Positions 1 through 14,675 of a DNA stretch of 64,000 nt are shown here, piece after piece. The notes beneath the pieces are model-generated. The model was not told where the DNA came from and did not search any database. It saw only the letters and a program-made list of their open reading frames with translations. How positions within the stretch are numbered: position 1 is the stretch's first letter; each line of letters opens with the position of its first letter. The stretch covers positions 806,001 to 870,000 of the forward strand of contig CDLV01000005.1 in assembly GCA_001244265.2 (NCBI GenBank), read 5' to 3'. A program made the position numbers and the translations under genes. Origin of the DNA: Microbotryum violaceum. Its lineage: Eukaryota.

Positions 1-195
1 GACCATTGTCACCACGTTGGTGCTGAAAACGAGGGAAGCAGCTTTGCCAAAGTGACCTGCATGCTGTTGGGCCTGCCGAATTTTGCTTCCCTCTCTGTCG
101 AGTCTAACCTCTGACGCCTGACTTATCGAGTAGACAGTGTGGTGAGCTCCTCGCAGACTGAAGGTGAGCCGAGGTCGATGTAAGCTGGCGCCTGG

Positions 196-2626
196 CTAAG
201 GCTTTGCCGCTGGTGACATCGACTCTAACCCTCGGGTTCCAGCTTGGGCTTCTTTCTTCAGTCCCCGAAAGTGGGGACTAAAGTTGAGGGTCGCAAGATT
301 ACAGTCGATCAAGCACAACGAGCCATCGTGGCGTCGCACGACGTTGCGAAGCTTACGGTCCGAATGATCGATTCCATACTTCTCGAACAGTTTGTATGCG
401 TCGCTATGGAGGACCATATCACACGCATCAGTGACCTGTAAAAGTAGGACAGTATGGCCCCCCTTCCCGTGAGAGCTCACCATATCTGTTGCTGAAGATT
501 GTCGTCCGACCTCTCAGCGAAGGGGATTGGATTGCCGGCGTAACCCATGATCAAAACGAGCGTCCGACCGCCGCTTGATCGATAGGTTCCATAAGAGTGC
601 GGGAGAAATGCGCGAGTTTCCTTCAGGAGTAGAGGGAACACCGTTTCATAAAAAATCGATTCTCGTATCCCCGCTTCCGTGTGGACGTCGTCATCTAACA
701 GCTTGATCACCACTGGCTGGTCGGTCGGGATCGAAGTCCGTCGCGTCTCCGAGTCCCCGTCCGAGGTCTTGTCGTTGTCGGCGGGCGCCCCGGCTTTGAG
801 TTGGCCAGCGGTGACAGAAGCGAATCCACCTTTGCCCAGAAGTTGGACCGCTTCCAACCTGGGCAGGGAATCGAATTTGACCTTGTTCTGATCCGACAAC
901 TTGGCGATCCCTCTCGCAGGGCGCCCATCCTCTTCGACTAGCGGTTCGGATAGATAAGACAGCAGTGCAGATGACAATTGGCTGAGCCGGCGACTCGGCT
1001 TGTATCGTAAAGGTTTAGAGCGTCCCTTCGTTTTCCAACCGACTTCGAAAACTACGGCTTCCATGGGGGTATACTCGTGCCGCCACTCGAGTTTGACGAA
1101 GCCGAAACGCGGCTGTTGGACGCAGAGCATGTGGGTTAGCCAGCATACACGAGAGAAACCCCACCATCCGCCTACCGTAAAACAAATGAAGCAGCAGTTA
1201 TGGCGCTGGCGTTGGTTCTGTATCAAGGTCGAGGCTTACCGGCCATGATGTGGTGTTCAGCCTCGTCTTAACAATGAAGTTGCTGGACCTCCACGCGTCG
1301 ACGAGATTCGGATATGGTGTGGGCTGGTTTCTCACTCGATAGGAACTTCGACTGATATCTTTGGACACATCGGAGGGAATTGCGCTCGGCGACTTGGAGA
1401 CAGCCCCGCCCGCAGGCTGCGCGTCTGTGAGAGATTGACCATCGCGATGCGGATCTGACGGCTCTTGCCGGGCACCAAAAAGCGAGTCGAGGGTGCCGGA
1501 AGAAGGACCGGGTGTGTGCATGACGTAGTCCAGGATGGATGCCAAAAACATGAGACTAACTGATCGTTGCTGAAACGAAAATGGGATTTCGCCCTGGTAC
1601 AGGTAGCTCGGGTAGACCGTTCGGAAGATGGGGGTGTAGAGCAGTCCACATTCTTGCGAATTATTCGGGTTCTCAACTGCCCGAAAAACGCAGACAGTTT
1701 TCAGCTCCAGTCCGGTGTAGTTCGACAGACGGGTGACGACCTACCGGACTCGGCCAGGATCGCGAGGCGAGTGCTCATGATCAAGCCAAAGCGCACGGGA
1801 ACCTCGACTTGTCCGGTCGCCGCGTTACGCTGAACCGCGGAGTGCATCCTCCAGGCAAGCTACAGAGACAGGATCTTCGGTGGTCAGCATGAATGTGCCC
1901 AGTGTACGAATTAAGAATGAATGCCACATGCTCACCTTGTTCAGCATCGCCTGCGCGCCGTGGCTCCTGCCGCTTGGATCGAGCGGGATCGGCCCACGCT
2001 CGTGGAGGAAAAACTTGCACTCGTCCTCGCGCGCAAATAGGTCCGGCTGAGGTCCGGAAAGTCAAGAGGCTGGTGTCCTCCTCGAACGAGATGACCATGT
2101 TGGACGCCACCCTCGTATGGGTGTGCCTCAGAGCGAACGTGATACCGCGAGGGAGTAGGGTCTGCGTGGGGTCTTCAGGACGGTATTGAAGAAGATACCA
2201 ACCGTCCTCCTTCGCGATCGTGCCAGCCTCGCCAGTCTTGTCATCATACTGCTTCAGCACAAATTTCACGAGGGGTTCGAATACGCGTATACGCAGATCG
2301 TGGACACTGACGGTGCACTCAGATGCGTTCGTACAGAAGAGTCGTTCCTCCCACATGCTCGTCAGGAGTGCGGTCGCCTCTCTCAGCACGGGGTCCACCA
2401 AGTCGAGCTGAGCAAAGAATTCGACAGCCGAGCTTTGTAGTCGATCCCAGAGCAACTTGTCCAACATTGCTGAGACTGGCACCTGAGATGAGGGCGGAAG
2501 GGGTGCTCCCTCGAAAGGAACGCCGATCGCACGATAGCTCAAGTCATCTGGCCCACCGCAGGGATCGTGCGAGCGTTCACCAACGGGTAGCATCGTGTAC
2601 CGAGACTGGAAGAACTGTTCTTGCAT
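196..2626 (-). CDS. Multi-exon atypical protein kinase (fungal FunK1/Crinkler-type-like) with degenerate REase-like N-terminal region
   Basis: Gly loop LLGKGGFASV and VVIKLLD (ORF 477-1226), catalytic loop GIDHSDRKLRNV and CLIDCN (ORF 196-483); N-terminal ORF 1781-2725 resembles the neighbouring paralog at 5416-6838; GT..AG introns between ORF pieces. Confidence 0.65.
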
Positions 2627-3229
2627 CGTGATCCGAGGAGCTGGGCGCCGGCGGCGCCTATGACGATCGAAGTACTCTCCAAGTGCGCACGTTGTTCTGG
2701 CGTCTAGCGCGTCGAGGGCGGGCAAAGAAGTCGTGACGCAGTGGTAAAGCAGGGAGGGTCATGCAGGGCTCGCGCGCAACTCGCGCGCACGGATCCTTTC
2801 TCCCCCGTGGACGCTATAGCTGTGCTACACGCGCGACCTTCCCTCGTACGGATAACATGAGTCCGTACCCAGTACGCGTTCCTTATGAAACTCTTCTGCA
2901 AAACTTGAAAACTTTGGTACTCTGGAATCCATATGGTATGTAGAAACATTACAGCATCAGCTCACTAGCGGTTGCTAAGAATGGAGTAGATGTTAAGCAT
3001 CCTCAAACCGTTGATTAACTGTCTGCAATTGCAATAGGTTCCATGCGCTCAGAAAATGACAATTTCAACTTCTCGTGTCCACCGTGGAATCCGTATGATC
3101 CAGCACCGCGAGGCTAGCGCCAGTCAGACCCTGCGGAAATCAGGAGCGGATCCGTGCGAAATCCCCATCCAAAAGGGCTGGCCGTGTAGCTAGCTATAGC
3201 TGTGCTAGTCCGTGAGTTCGACACTCGCG

Positions 3230-4440
<1,211 letters not shown>

Positions 4441-5415
4441 ATAAGCTCGCTGCGAAACGAACAACCACCTCACCTACATCATCCGCCCACTCCCACCCCG
4501 ACGCTGCTCCCTGTCCTGGCAGCTGCTCTACAAATTCGGTCGCCCATCCCACCCTGCCTCAAGGATTGGTGGTTTTGGGACCGGTTCAAAGACCCCCTTC
4601 GGAAGCGGTTGCTCAGACGACGACGACGTCGAGTGCTTCCCCTTCCAAGTCGACTGGAGGAGCGAAATCCGCTGCAGGGCTGTTGGGGTCGGATTCGATC
4701 ATTGATATCAAGCCAAATCTCATCAGTGCTACGAGGACCTTCACCTTCACTCTTCGAAAATTTCCTCAGCCCCTTCTGCGACGTTGATCACCTCAACGAA
4801 AGATTGGGAACAATCCCTACGGGAAGGCATTGACGCTCATCTTGCGTCGACCTTGACCTCCGCCTCGACCTCGGGATCACAAGATGTCGGTCGTCAGAAC
4901 TTCTTGGATCGAGCGAAGGAGCTGTACGACGAATTGAGGATGTTGAAAAAATGGAGAAAGGGCGGGAAGGTTCCTTCACTTACATCTCCTGCGCGAGTGG
5001 TAGAGGTTATTGGGGGCGGCCAAGGTGAAGGATGAGGGGACTATACGAAGGGGAAGCCTACGCTAAAGAGGACGCGTTCGCATCGGGTTGGGAGGCGAGG
5101 GGTCAATGAATGGCTGGAGGCGTGATGAATTTGCTGTAGTATTATCCATTTTTCTCGTTTGTTTTGTACCCAGCAACAAGTCGACGTCGCAAATAGGAAA
5201 AAAATCCCCATCTTCTGCGCTCACTTTGTGCAAGGCAGCAAGTTCTCACGGCGCAATCATTTCGGGGGAGGATTGAACGGTCACGACTGAACGATTTTTT
5301 AACAATGCAACGCAGGCTTGGAACCCTTGTAAATACCCCCGAACGAAAACCCAACAAAGTACCCTCTGCCACAATCACTGCGCATGCGACAAGGACCCGA
5401 CGGCTTCAGTCATTT

Positions 5416-6838
5416 TCACGTCGCTGCGGGGCACGAGGACACTTGAGGATGGGCGTCAAGCCAGAGACTCACCACCAAATCCATATGATCCGTGTCTCCT
5501 TGAGAGGACCCGGTCTTGAAGGAAGAGTTGGTGTTGGTCGAAGACGGATAGTATGAGGCCGACGAGTCGGAGCCGCTTTCAGCAGTCGTTTCCGGCGGGA
5601 CGACCTCTTCGGCGAAACGAGCCTCCTCGAACAGCTTGTTGACCGTGTCGACACCGGGGTCGTCTATTCCGTACAGCACACTCAAACACAGAGCGAGGAG
5701 TATCATCGGAAGCGAGGTTCGCGTGTACGCATGATCGAACTTGGTGTCGCGGATGCTTTGGAAGACATCGCTAAACAGCACTCCGAAATCGCCATCGCTC
5801 TCGGCGAGATGGTTGACTGGGCTCGCACAGGTACCGGTCCGGATATTAGAAGAATGCGCAAGTGATTCCGCTACCGAAAGTTTGTACTCACCCCTTTCGG
5901 CGACTAATCCGAGATAAGCACCGCAGATGATGCTTCACCGCACCTCGATTCTGTGGTGCTTGCTCGCCGTTACCGATTGGATAGCGGTCTACGCCCGCGC
6001 CAACAGAAGCACTGGCATGGTGGTAAGCAAGTGCGAGTGGTCAGGCTAAAAGAAAGATAAGATGCTCACCCTGAAGAGGATCCCGCTTGTGTGCGGAGTT
6101 TCGGGTAAAGTGGCGTTGAGCTTGACGGCGGCAGTATCGGCGAATCGGAACTCGCCATTCGGAAAGCGAGGCCCGTCGTGGTGCTCCTCAGCGTAGCCGT
6201 CGATCACCGATTCCCTCTTGGATTCGAACGACACGACCGATCGCACTTCTCCGTTGATTAGAAGTACGAAGTCGCCGTCGCCTTGCTGGCGTCGGTTTTT
6301 CGGCGGCGTCTCGATGTGGAGCTGATAGGAATTCTTGCTGCGAGCAAATTGCAGTTGTGAGGCCCACAATTTGGGCAAGATGAGATCGAGCATAGGCTCA
6401 ATAAATCGAACCCGAAGAGTCACGATCCAGTCTCGGCACTCAGTCTCCGTGTAACATGGTTGAAACGACGGAATCTTCTGGACCAGCCCCTCGGCGAGCA
6501 TCAAGACGTCGTCGACCAAACCGAGCCGTTCCAGAAAGCTGAAGAAGCCCTTCCAGACCCGAGGCACGAATCCTTGCTCTGCATGGCTGCCACTGGATTG
6601 CGACGGTCACCGGCCTCGCTGCTGGCGGGGTGACCCAACTGAGATGCGTCTCCCGAAGGCTCTTGCGACAGCTCTTGCGACGACTCCTCTGAATCGTCGT
6701 CCGTCTCCATCGACGAATCTGCACTCGAGGGGGTGCGGGTGCCTTGCGGAATCTCAGGCTCGGGCTAGGGCCCCAGGAAGCGCGCGGTTCCTCTGGCGGT
6801 CGAGGACTCCAGGCGGTGCGCCGCGTCCGGTACGACAA
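5416..6838 (-). pseudogene. Paralog of the 196-2626 gene N-terminus with PD-(D/E)xK-like motif; premature stop
   Basis: LRVRFIEPMLDLIL vs LRIRVFEPLVKFVL; DGDFVLL...SFESKR motif; exon IEVR*SIICGAYLGLVAERG (TGA at 5935-5937) aligns with VPVRFGLIMSTRLAILAESG of the paralog, with the same intron position. Confidence 0.55.
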
Positions 6839-8412
6839 GAGAAGGGTAGTGACTGTCAGAGTGTATATTGCTGTTTCATCCCACTTCTATTACCGATCAC
6901 AATTAGTTACTAGTTGTTGATATTAGTCGCCTCGCGCGGCTATTGCTTGCCTCGCGCGCTCCTACTCTGCGCTTCTCTTCTTTCTCCAACTGTCTTTACT
7001 ATCATCCTCGGCTCTCGTACTAAACGTATCTCGTGCCTTGGCTTTAGGTTCTAATAGCGACCACGCAAGTCACGAAGTTGTTGAGAGACGCTGGCATGAG
7101 GAGCAAATGTATTTGTTTGAATGAAGGGCTCAGAGTAGACCACGTGTAGACAAGGGGATTGCATTGAGAGTTGAGAGAAGTGGGACAAGAGCGCGCATCA
7201 AGCTGCCTCTCAAAACGAGCCACTGTACTGCCACTCTCCGCCTTTCCCGCGCAACCGGCACCGCCCTTCTCACATTGCGCTGTGCCCCTTTCCCTGTCCG
7301 CCTCCAACGCTATGCTCCCAAAATCTCGGACTCTCGCTCTTGCTTCACGCTTGACTCGTACTAGGACCCCATTGGGGGTCATCAAGCACCGCGTCCTCAA
7401 TCCTCAAGATCTCTCCTAGGTTCCGCCGCCGTCTCCTCTGACCTAGTGAAAGGCACGAGATTGCGCTCGAGCCTCACTGAATCCGAATCCAAACAGAAAG
7501 GATCAAACGGTGTATTCGCAGGCGCAGAAAGACTACTAAAAGGACCCGTGGCGCCGCGCGCAAGTAAAGTTTAGGCCGCTGAGGTTGGCTTGAGGTTGTC
7601 GTGAGGCGGAAGCGGAGCGGCGCCTTACACCTAACTCCGACCCAGTTTTGTAGCTCGCAACTTTCTTCCTTTTCTGCAGCTCCGAATCTCGTCACAGGTC
7701 GCATCTTTGCTCTCGTCCTTTGTCCTCGTCTCTCCTGAGACGACCCCAGAACATTGCTTGACTCATCCCGTGTCCCTTGCCCCTTCAACTCGAAGTTGTC
7801 TCGAGCCCCGTTGTCCGGCTCGCCCTCCTATCCTGGTCCTTTGTGATACTACCCGGCCAGCCTGCTCGTTACCCGGGCCTGGTGACACCCGGATTCAGCA
7901 GCTAGCCTTGTTGGGTTGTCTCGTATTGGTCCAGAATCTCAAGGGTAATGTGGATGTCTTTTTTCATCCTGCAGGGTGTTCCACTCAGGTCAGAAGCGTC
8001 AATCTTGGCTTTCCCGCGGCTGCGCATAGGCACGGGACGTGCATGAGCCCTCGTCAACACGGTAATCTTTGTTCTGTTGTAATGATCTGGAGACGTGCGA
8101 TGACGAGCAGCGAGGGCGAGCTTGCGCGTGGTCAATGGTGTTCAAGAGGCAAGGTGCGATAACGCGCTGACGCTTCGCACGCGCGACTGTCTCGGACCAT
8201 CGAGCGACCACGCCAACAACCGCAGGAAACGTGACGGAAGACGAATCGATCCCCAGAATCGGGAAGCCCTGGACTTTAAAAATATTATAGTGCTGATTGA
8301 GTTGCTGAAATATCATACTCTGGCCGCCTATCGCCCTTTCGCGTCCAAATGAAGAATCCCCGGCTCCCTTCCCATGTCTTGCGTGAATAAAATACTGCCC
8401 CGGGACCGATCT

Positions 8413-8976
8413 TCAACATCAATAATTAGATCGAAATTTGCAGATTCGACGGTTCGTCACCTCATCTTCACAAGGCGGGCAACGCTCAGAGGTCCGAGCG
8501 CAGGGCTCTTCGGAGAAGCGCAGTATAAAGTTCGGGCGTCGATATGCCTCCTCTCGCTTTCCCTTCGCCCTCCTCTCGTTCACCTGGTGCGCATCGCCCT
8601 CCACTGCCACCACACTACCTCAAGCCCTTGCACGCCTCCAACATCCCGTCGCCACATCGATCGGCTTGCCTGCGATTCGCCGATGCAATCGCCGAAGGTG
8701 GCTCCCGGTGTCCTGCCTCCGTCATCGGTGCCACCGGCGGGGCTCCCCAACTTCGAGCGCTCTTGCTGGGCCAACTCGTGGCTACAATTCCTCCGCGTAG
8801 ACCCAGATTTTGTTCTCAGTGTACGAGAACTTGCGCGGGCCAGAACCGACGAGTTGGAGACTGCGAATGGTGGGTTTCACCGCTACTGGTGCCAAGTGGG
8901 GTCACCAAAGCGCTCGATCGTTCCACTGACTTTCGGCCATCGGACTCGTTTGAACCTGCAGATGGACCCATGGCGG
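8413..8976 (+). repeat. Left arm of 564-bp inverted repeat (copy of promoter plus first exon of USP-like gene)
   Basis: Reverse complement of 9895-10458; identical ORF translations on both arms; contains TATAAA (~8525), CT-rich leader and ATG at 8683. Confidence 0.95.
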
Positions 8977-10188
8977 CTGCGACGTTCGAGTCGTCGACGT
9001 GGAACCAGCGGTCCCCTGAGCACACGACGCAGGTGTAGTGGGAACGCGACGGATGGTAGAGCAGGAGGCTCATGAGGTGCGCCGGCTGAGCCGTGGGCGC
9101 TCGCAACGCATCCTCGCCTCTGCCGTCAAGGGTCGGCGCGATCGCGATGGGGGTCGCACAAGGGAGGGGAACCGTCACTCTTGAATCGGTCGCCGACAAA
9201 GCCGGGGCCTCGACCAAGGCCGACGATGATAGGAGAGGTTCCCCGAGCGAGCTTTGCCTCGACGTGGGCAAATTCTTCGCGGAAGCGGCACGTGACGAGG
9301 GTCGCAATGCAGTGGTCGGTCGGGGAGTCAGCTGAGGGTTTCTCGGGGCCCGTTTCGGTCAACACGAGACGCAAGGTCACGATCACGACCTACCTTAGAT
9401 TTGTGCATTCCGGTGGGTCCGCCAGGAGTTGAGTCGAGCGCGCGACCAAGGGGTGGTGGTACCCCTCAAAGAATTGGACTTGGCCGTCCATACAGCCGCC
9501 GAAACTCTCCTGTCGTCGTCGGAGCTTGGCGGCGAGCTCGGGGTTCCGCGCCTCAATGCAGGGCAAGCAGGCTCGTGCTTCGTTCGTCGAAACGTAGTGT
9601 CGTTCGTCGGGGATGGCCAGCTCGGGGAATACTCGCACGATCGCGTCGAGCGCGTCGTTGGGGTCGGCATCGCCGGCCGCGATGGGTTGCCCGCCGGTCG
9701 CAGTCATCGCGCCTGTCGCGGGTGAGGATGGACGACGCGCCGTGTGGGGGTGGAGAGGGGTTAGTGCGCTAGCACGGTGAGATGACCGAGGCTCCCGGGT
9801 CGCTTGGTCGCGTGCGACTCACCGGAGAGGAATCGACGGAACGGTACAACGCCAGCCGGATCTCCGTCAATAACCATGCGCATCCCCTTGAGTCCCGCCA
9901 TGGGTCCATCTGCAGGTTCAAACGAGTCCGATGGCCGAAAGTCAGTGGAACGATCGAGCGCTTTGGTGACCCCACTTGGCACCAGTAGCGGTGAAACCCA
10001 CCATTCGCAGTCTCCAACTCGTCGGTTCTGGCCCGCGCAAGTTCTCGTACACTGAGAACAAAATCTGGGTCTACGCGGAGGAATTGTAGCCACGAGTTGG
10101 CCCAGCAAGAGCGCTCGAAGTTGGGGAGCCCCGCCGGTGGCACCGATGACGGAGGCAGGACACCGGGAGCCACCTTCGGCGATTGCAT
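8816..10188 (-). CDS. Divergent ubiquitin-specific protease (peptidase C19/USP)-like gene, possibly disrupted
   Basis: Cys box GLPNFERSCWANSWLQ, Asp-box-like DADPNDALDAI, His box SHYTCVVCSGDRWFHVDDSNV, in order on the minus strand with introns; C-terminus runs into the inverted copy of its own 5' end; possible frameshift near 9150-9190. Confidence 0.65.
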
Positions 10189-10458
10189 CGGCGAATCGCA
10201 GGCAAGCCGATCGATGTGGCGACGGGATGTTGGAGGCGTGCAAGGGCTTGAGGTAGTGTGGTGGCAGTGGAGGGCGATGCGCACCAGGTGAACGAGAGGA
10301 GGGCGAAGGGAAAGCGAGAGGAGGCATATCGACGCCCGAACTTTATACTGCGCTTCTCCGAAGAGCCCTGCGCTCGGACCTCTGAGCGTTGCCCGCCTTG
10401 TGAAGATGAGGTGACGAACCGTCGAATCTGCAAATTTCGATCTAATTATTGATGTTGA
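9895..10458 (-). repeat. Right arm of 564-bp inverted repeat
   Basis: Reverse complement of 8413-8976; breakpoints tcaacatc.../...ccatggcgg. Confidence 0.95.
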
Positions 10459-10849
10459 TCGTGGGCAAAAGTTCGTACCTGGTCTATCTGGCCTCCTCCG
10501 GGGTATGTGACCGCGTACAAGCCGTTGCGGTGGTAGATGTCCCCACGTACGATACCCCCGAGCAGCGAGGTACAAGCCTATTCGAACTACATCAGCAAAA
10601 CCAGCACTCAATCGACTGTGAACTTGTGGTGGTATCGAAACGACTCGAGCACTTGCTCATGTAGAGTTCTCCTCGCACGAAATGCTCTCAGTTCGTCGCC
10701 TGTGGGAACCGGCCATTGGCGCCCGCCGTGGGCGCACGTCATAGCTTCCTCAGTTGATTACACATGCTTTGCAATGCCAATGCCAAATCACATTTCGCTT
10801 ATCACCATCACTGCGCACGTACAAGCAAAAATACAAGATACTTCGAAAA

Positions 10850-13800
10850 TTAATTCCACAACACCTTGGACTTTCGAGGCCTGGTGGAGGTGCCGTTCGC
10901 CTTGCGATCCTCGTCCTCACTGCTGTCGTCTTCGCTCTCGTTCTCGCCATCATCGCCCTTCCTGACCCAGCTCAAAGCAGGAACCGCGGCGCCTTTCGCA
11001 GAAAACGTAGAACCTTGACTCGTCAAAGGACCGGCATGCCGCATCGAACGTCGAGGGGTCGCTTCGTCCAGCTGGGACAAGGCGCGCATCGACGAAGCAC
11101 GACCATGCCCTCGGAAGCTGGTCGTCGGCAAAGGCTGGGACGCGGAAGGTGGTCGAGAGCTGACGGAATTCTTGGACGACGGAGCACTCGCGGATGGAGC
11201 TGTCGCCGAGGGGCCGGGCGATACGGTCCTCGCACGGAGGCTGGCGGCTCGGGTCAGCCGTCCGTTCGGCGTCGCATGCGAGGGTACGTCCAGTGTCACG
11301 GCATCGACGGCCTTCTTGACTTGCGACGAGCCGTTCAGGATAGTTTGCGATGACTGCACACACAAAGTTTGGGTCCTTCTTCAGCCAATGTACTTCCTAT
11401 GATATTTGGGGCCACCCGGCCACGTCAAAACGTACCTTTTGGCTCTCCTGGCCCTCGTGGTCCACAAACCCTGGGAGCCGCTGCGTCGGCTGTGTCTCCT
11501 CGAGGAAAAACGGCTGGCTTTTTATCAAGGGCACGTATTGACTCTCGTCCGAGTCCACTCCGTGGTGGTCCAGTCGGAATAACTGAGAAGCCTGGGCGTC
11601 CATCATCAACGGCGTGCCGGGGGTGCTGCTCGCTTGCGCTGCGATGTCCGAGAGGTTCACCGCTTCTATGGGTTCCGCGGTCGTCGCTTCGAGACTGCTG
11701 TTGACTTCCTTGAGGGATTTCGTGCTACCAGCGTCAACTTCGCCATCTCCGTTCCTCTGCACCTCCACGGCGCCTTCCTTTGAGGGTTCTGCGACCGCCC
11801 CGGCGGTGGTCGTGTCGGCTTCAGAAGAGGAAACCGACGTCGACCGGCCCCTGGGTTCTTCAAGTCGCTGCTCCTCCTCCTCCGCATCTTGCAACAGCTT
11901 CTGGACCGCGCTTTTGGGAACTGGTTGCGACAACAACTCGTCAATGTCCTCCTCCATCTCGGCGTCCTTGTCGATCTCCGGACCGGTGCTCGACAGCGTC
12001 CGCGCGAGTGACGAAGTCTTGAGCGGGCTCGACTGACGCTTGGCGCGGTTTTTGCGCATCGACGCCGCCGAGCCAAAGGCACTCGTCGCTACGGCACCGA
12101 TCGATGGGCGAGAAGGTTTGCGATACGCTCGGTTCGAAGCCGTCGACGACGACGACGACGAGTCGGAATCGTCGTCATCGGACGAGCTGGCGTCGGAATC
12201 ATCGTGGCCAATAGTGCGAATTGGGGGTGGTGGCGAGGGAGAAGGAGGGAGCGGGACGTTGGCGGGATCGACGGGTTGTCGTTGGCCCGGCGAAGGGGGC
12301 ACAGCACCGTTCGTAATCGGGCTTGCTTGGCGAACGGCGTCCTTCTCGACGTGGGACTCGTCTTGCGCTTGCGCATCGGCCATGGCTGCATCGCCATCGT
12401 GCTCGATCCTGGGCCGTGCTGTTGGCTCGTCATCTTCCTCTCCCCTATTCTCATGCTGTTCCTCTGAGCCGTCATTGACGTTCTCTCTCGCGTGGCCGTC
12501 TTCCTCCTCGTGTTTCCCCTCCACATCGTCTTCCTCGGTCCGGGGTTCGAACTCGTCTCCGGACTCAACCTCGGGGTCCAAAGACAACGGTCGTTCCTTC
12601 CGTGGGGAAGTATGGGTCCTCAACGAGAGTTCAATCTCCTCCGGGTCATCCTCGGAAGAGAAGGCCGAGATGGTCGAACGTGGAGCCTGACGAAGGGGGT
12701 GAGAAGGTCTCGCCAGCACGGGTGTCGAGGCGAGTTGATCAATCTCGTTCTCTGAGGCCTCGTCGTTTTCGCCACGGAAGCGAATGGTGGGGTCGGTGCT
12801 GTGGTTGAGCGGACCGTCCTCGTCGGGAGAAGAGGCCGACGACTCGGGGGTTGCTTCGGCCGCTCGAATAGCCGCGCGTTCCGCTTCCTCCGCTTGCGAG
12901 TCCGACACCTTGATCACGAGCTCCTCTCGAGCTGGTGGCAACGTCAAAGTTGGCGCCAAGGAGGATTGTCTCGAGGATCCGGCCGACTGACTCATTGACC
13001 TCAAGGCGCCCTTCTTCAGCTTGCCCAACCGCTTCCGAATTGGCCGATCCTTGTTCAACCTCTCGCTCTTGTCGGGCGACGAAAGGGGCGTCGCGGGTCC
13101 GTCCTCCTCATCAGGCGCGGGGGGAACGACCTCATGCTCCTCGGGTGGGCTCGACGGCGCCTCGGCGGCTACCTCCTTTTGTTGCTTCTTTTCGCGTCGC
13201 TCTTTCTTGAGCAACTTTTTGGCAGCTTTGGCGGCACGGGCCTTTATGGCGGCTTCGGCTTCAGTCTCGGGCGCATCGGCGGTAGGGGTGGCGATAGGGG
13301 CGGCGGTAGGGCGTGCCGCAAATGTCGAGGTGAGAGCGGGGCGCGTTGACGACGAGGTCGAGGTCGAGGCCACAGGAGCCTCGGTACCGTTCAAAGGCGC
13401 GCGACCGCTGGTCTGGCTCAATCGACGATGCTGCTCGTACTCGTGCTCGTCCTCCTCGGGTGTCGTCGAATCATCGTCGTCGTGGTTCGACGTCGGCGGA
13501 GCCTCTGGTCGCATGTCGGCACTCGCCACCTTGGCGACCAGTGCCTGGAACAGTCGAACAATGCCTTCCCCAAACACGCCAGATTCATGTGCATACGAAG
13601 GAGACGCGCGTAGGGCGTTGACCGTCTGCACCAATAATTGTTCAAGGTCTCGCGAGTCGGTGGAAGTCGGAGGGAAACCATTCACTGCCGGGCGGACAGG
13701 GGCCGAAACGGCGGTGTTGGCTTGGGTGGACGGGACAGCCGCAGACGAGCCGTTCGCAAGCTTGCGCTTCTTGCGGGGAGATTTGACGGGCGACACCGCG

Positions 13801-14675
13801 ACTTCGGAAGCAAGCTCGGAAGGTCGAGGCCGTTTGCTGCTCGACTTGGACTTGGATTTGGCCTCGGCGATGGGTTTTGGAGGCGGGCTCGGGTGGTGGT
13901 TTGCCGCGGATGAACAAGACTCGTTCAGGTTATCCTGCACGATCTACGGTGACCAAACAAAGTGTATTGAGATCATCAATTCCGTGTCACCGAAAAACTT
14001 TCAAAGGGATCTCGCACTCACCTCCTTGCCCTTGCCCTTGTCCAGCTTCTTGCTCTTCTTCGATCGTTTCTTCGCTTCCTTGTCCGTCCTCTCCTGCTCC
14101 TTCTTGCCCTTCTTCTGTTTACGATCCTTGACGGGCGATTCCAATTCATCCACTTCCATGTCGGCTTCGGCCTCGAGAGCGGCCTTGCGTTTAGCCTCCT
14201 TCTTGTCCAACTTTCGCTGCTTCTTTCGAGCCTTGCGCTCCTCCTCGTCATTGTGCGTAGGGGCATCATTACCGTTCTCGTCTTCGTCATTGTGATGCTT
14301 GTCATGTTTGGACGTCGACTTGCCCTTTTTGCTCGGTGGTGTTTCGACTACAGCAAGGGCCACCGAGTTGACGGACTTCCGCTTCGAGGTCGGTTTGCGC
14401 TCCGCAGGAGTCTCGTCTGCTTTACTCCGACTGGACTCGGGCGTTGGGCCACTAGTCGGCTTTGGAACTGGAGCTGGGTTCAAGGGTGGTGCTGTGGAAG
14501 TGGAGGTATTAGTGCTGCCCGCGCGGGACTGCACGAGCGCGTTGAAGCGGGCGATCCCGATTTGGCGAGCGAGTTCCATCAGCTTGGGGTCGACCGCGTT
14601 CGGGACCGACGAGGAGACGCTGCCGGCCACGGAGGAGCGTGATTTGGGTTTGGGCTTGGTCGTAGAAGAGGACAT
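10850..14675 (-). CDS. Large low-complexity Lys/Glu/Ser/Pro-rich hypothetical (probably nuclear) protein, 3 exons
   Basis: Long ORFs 14001-14675, 11397-13940 and 10850-11365 joined by short GT..AG introns; no recognisable domain. Confidence 0.7.

Noticed and set aside
7044-8400. Possible transposase or recombinase next to the inverted repeat
   Set aside because: Only short ORFs, with no DDE, tyrosine-recombinase or Rep motifs recognisable by eye.
13021-14295. 424-aa plus-strand ORF and many other antisense ORFs
   Set aside because: Shadow ORFs of GC-rich minus-strand genes, with no domain signatures.
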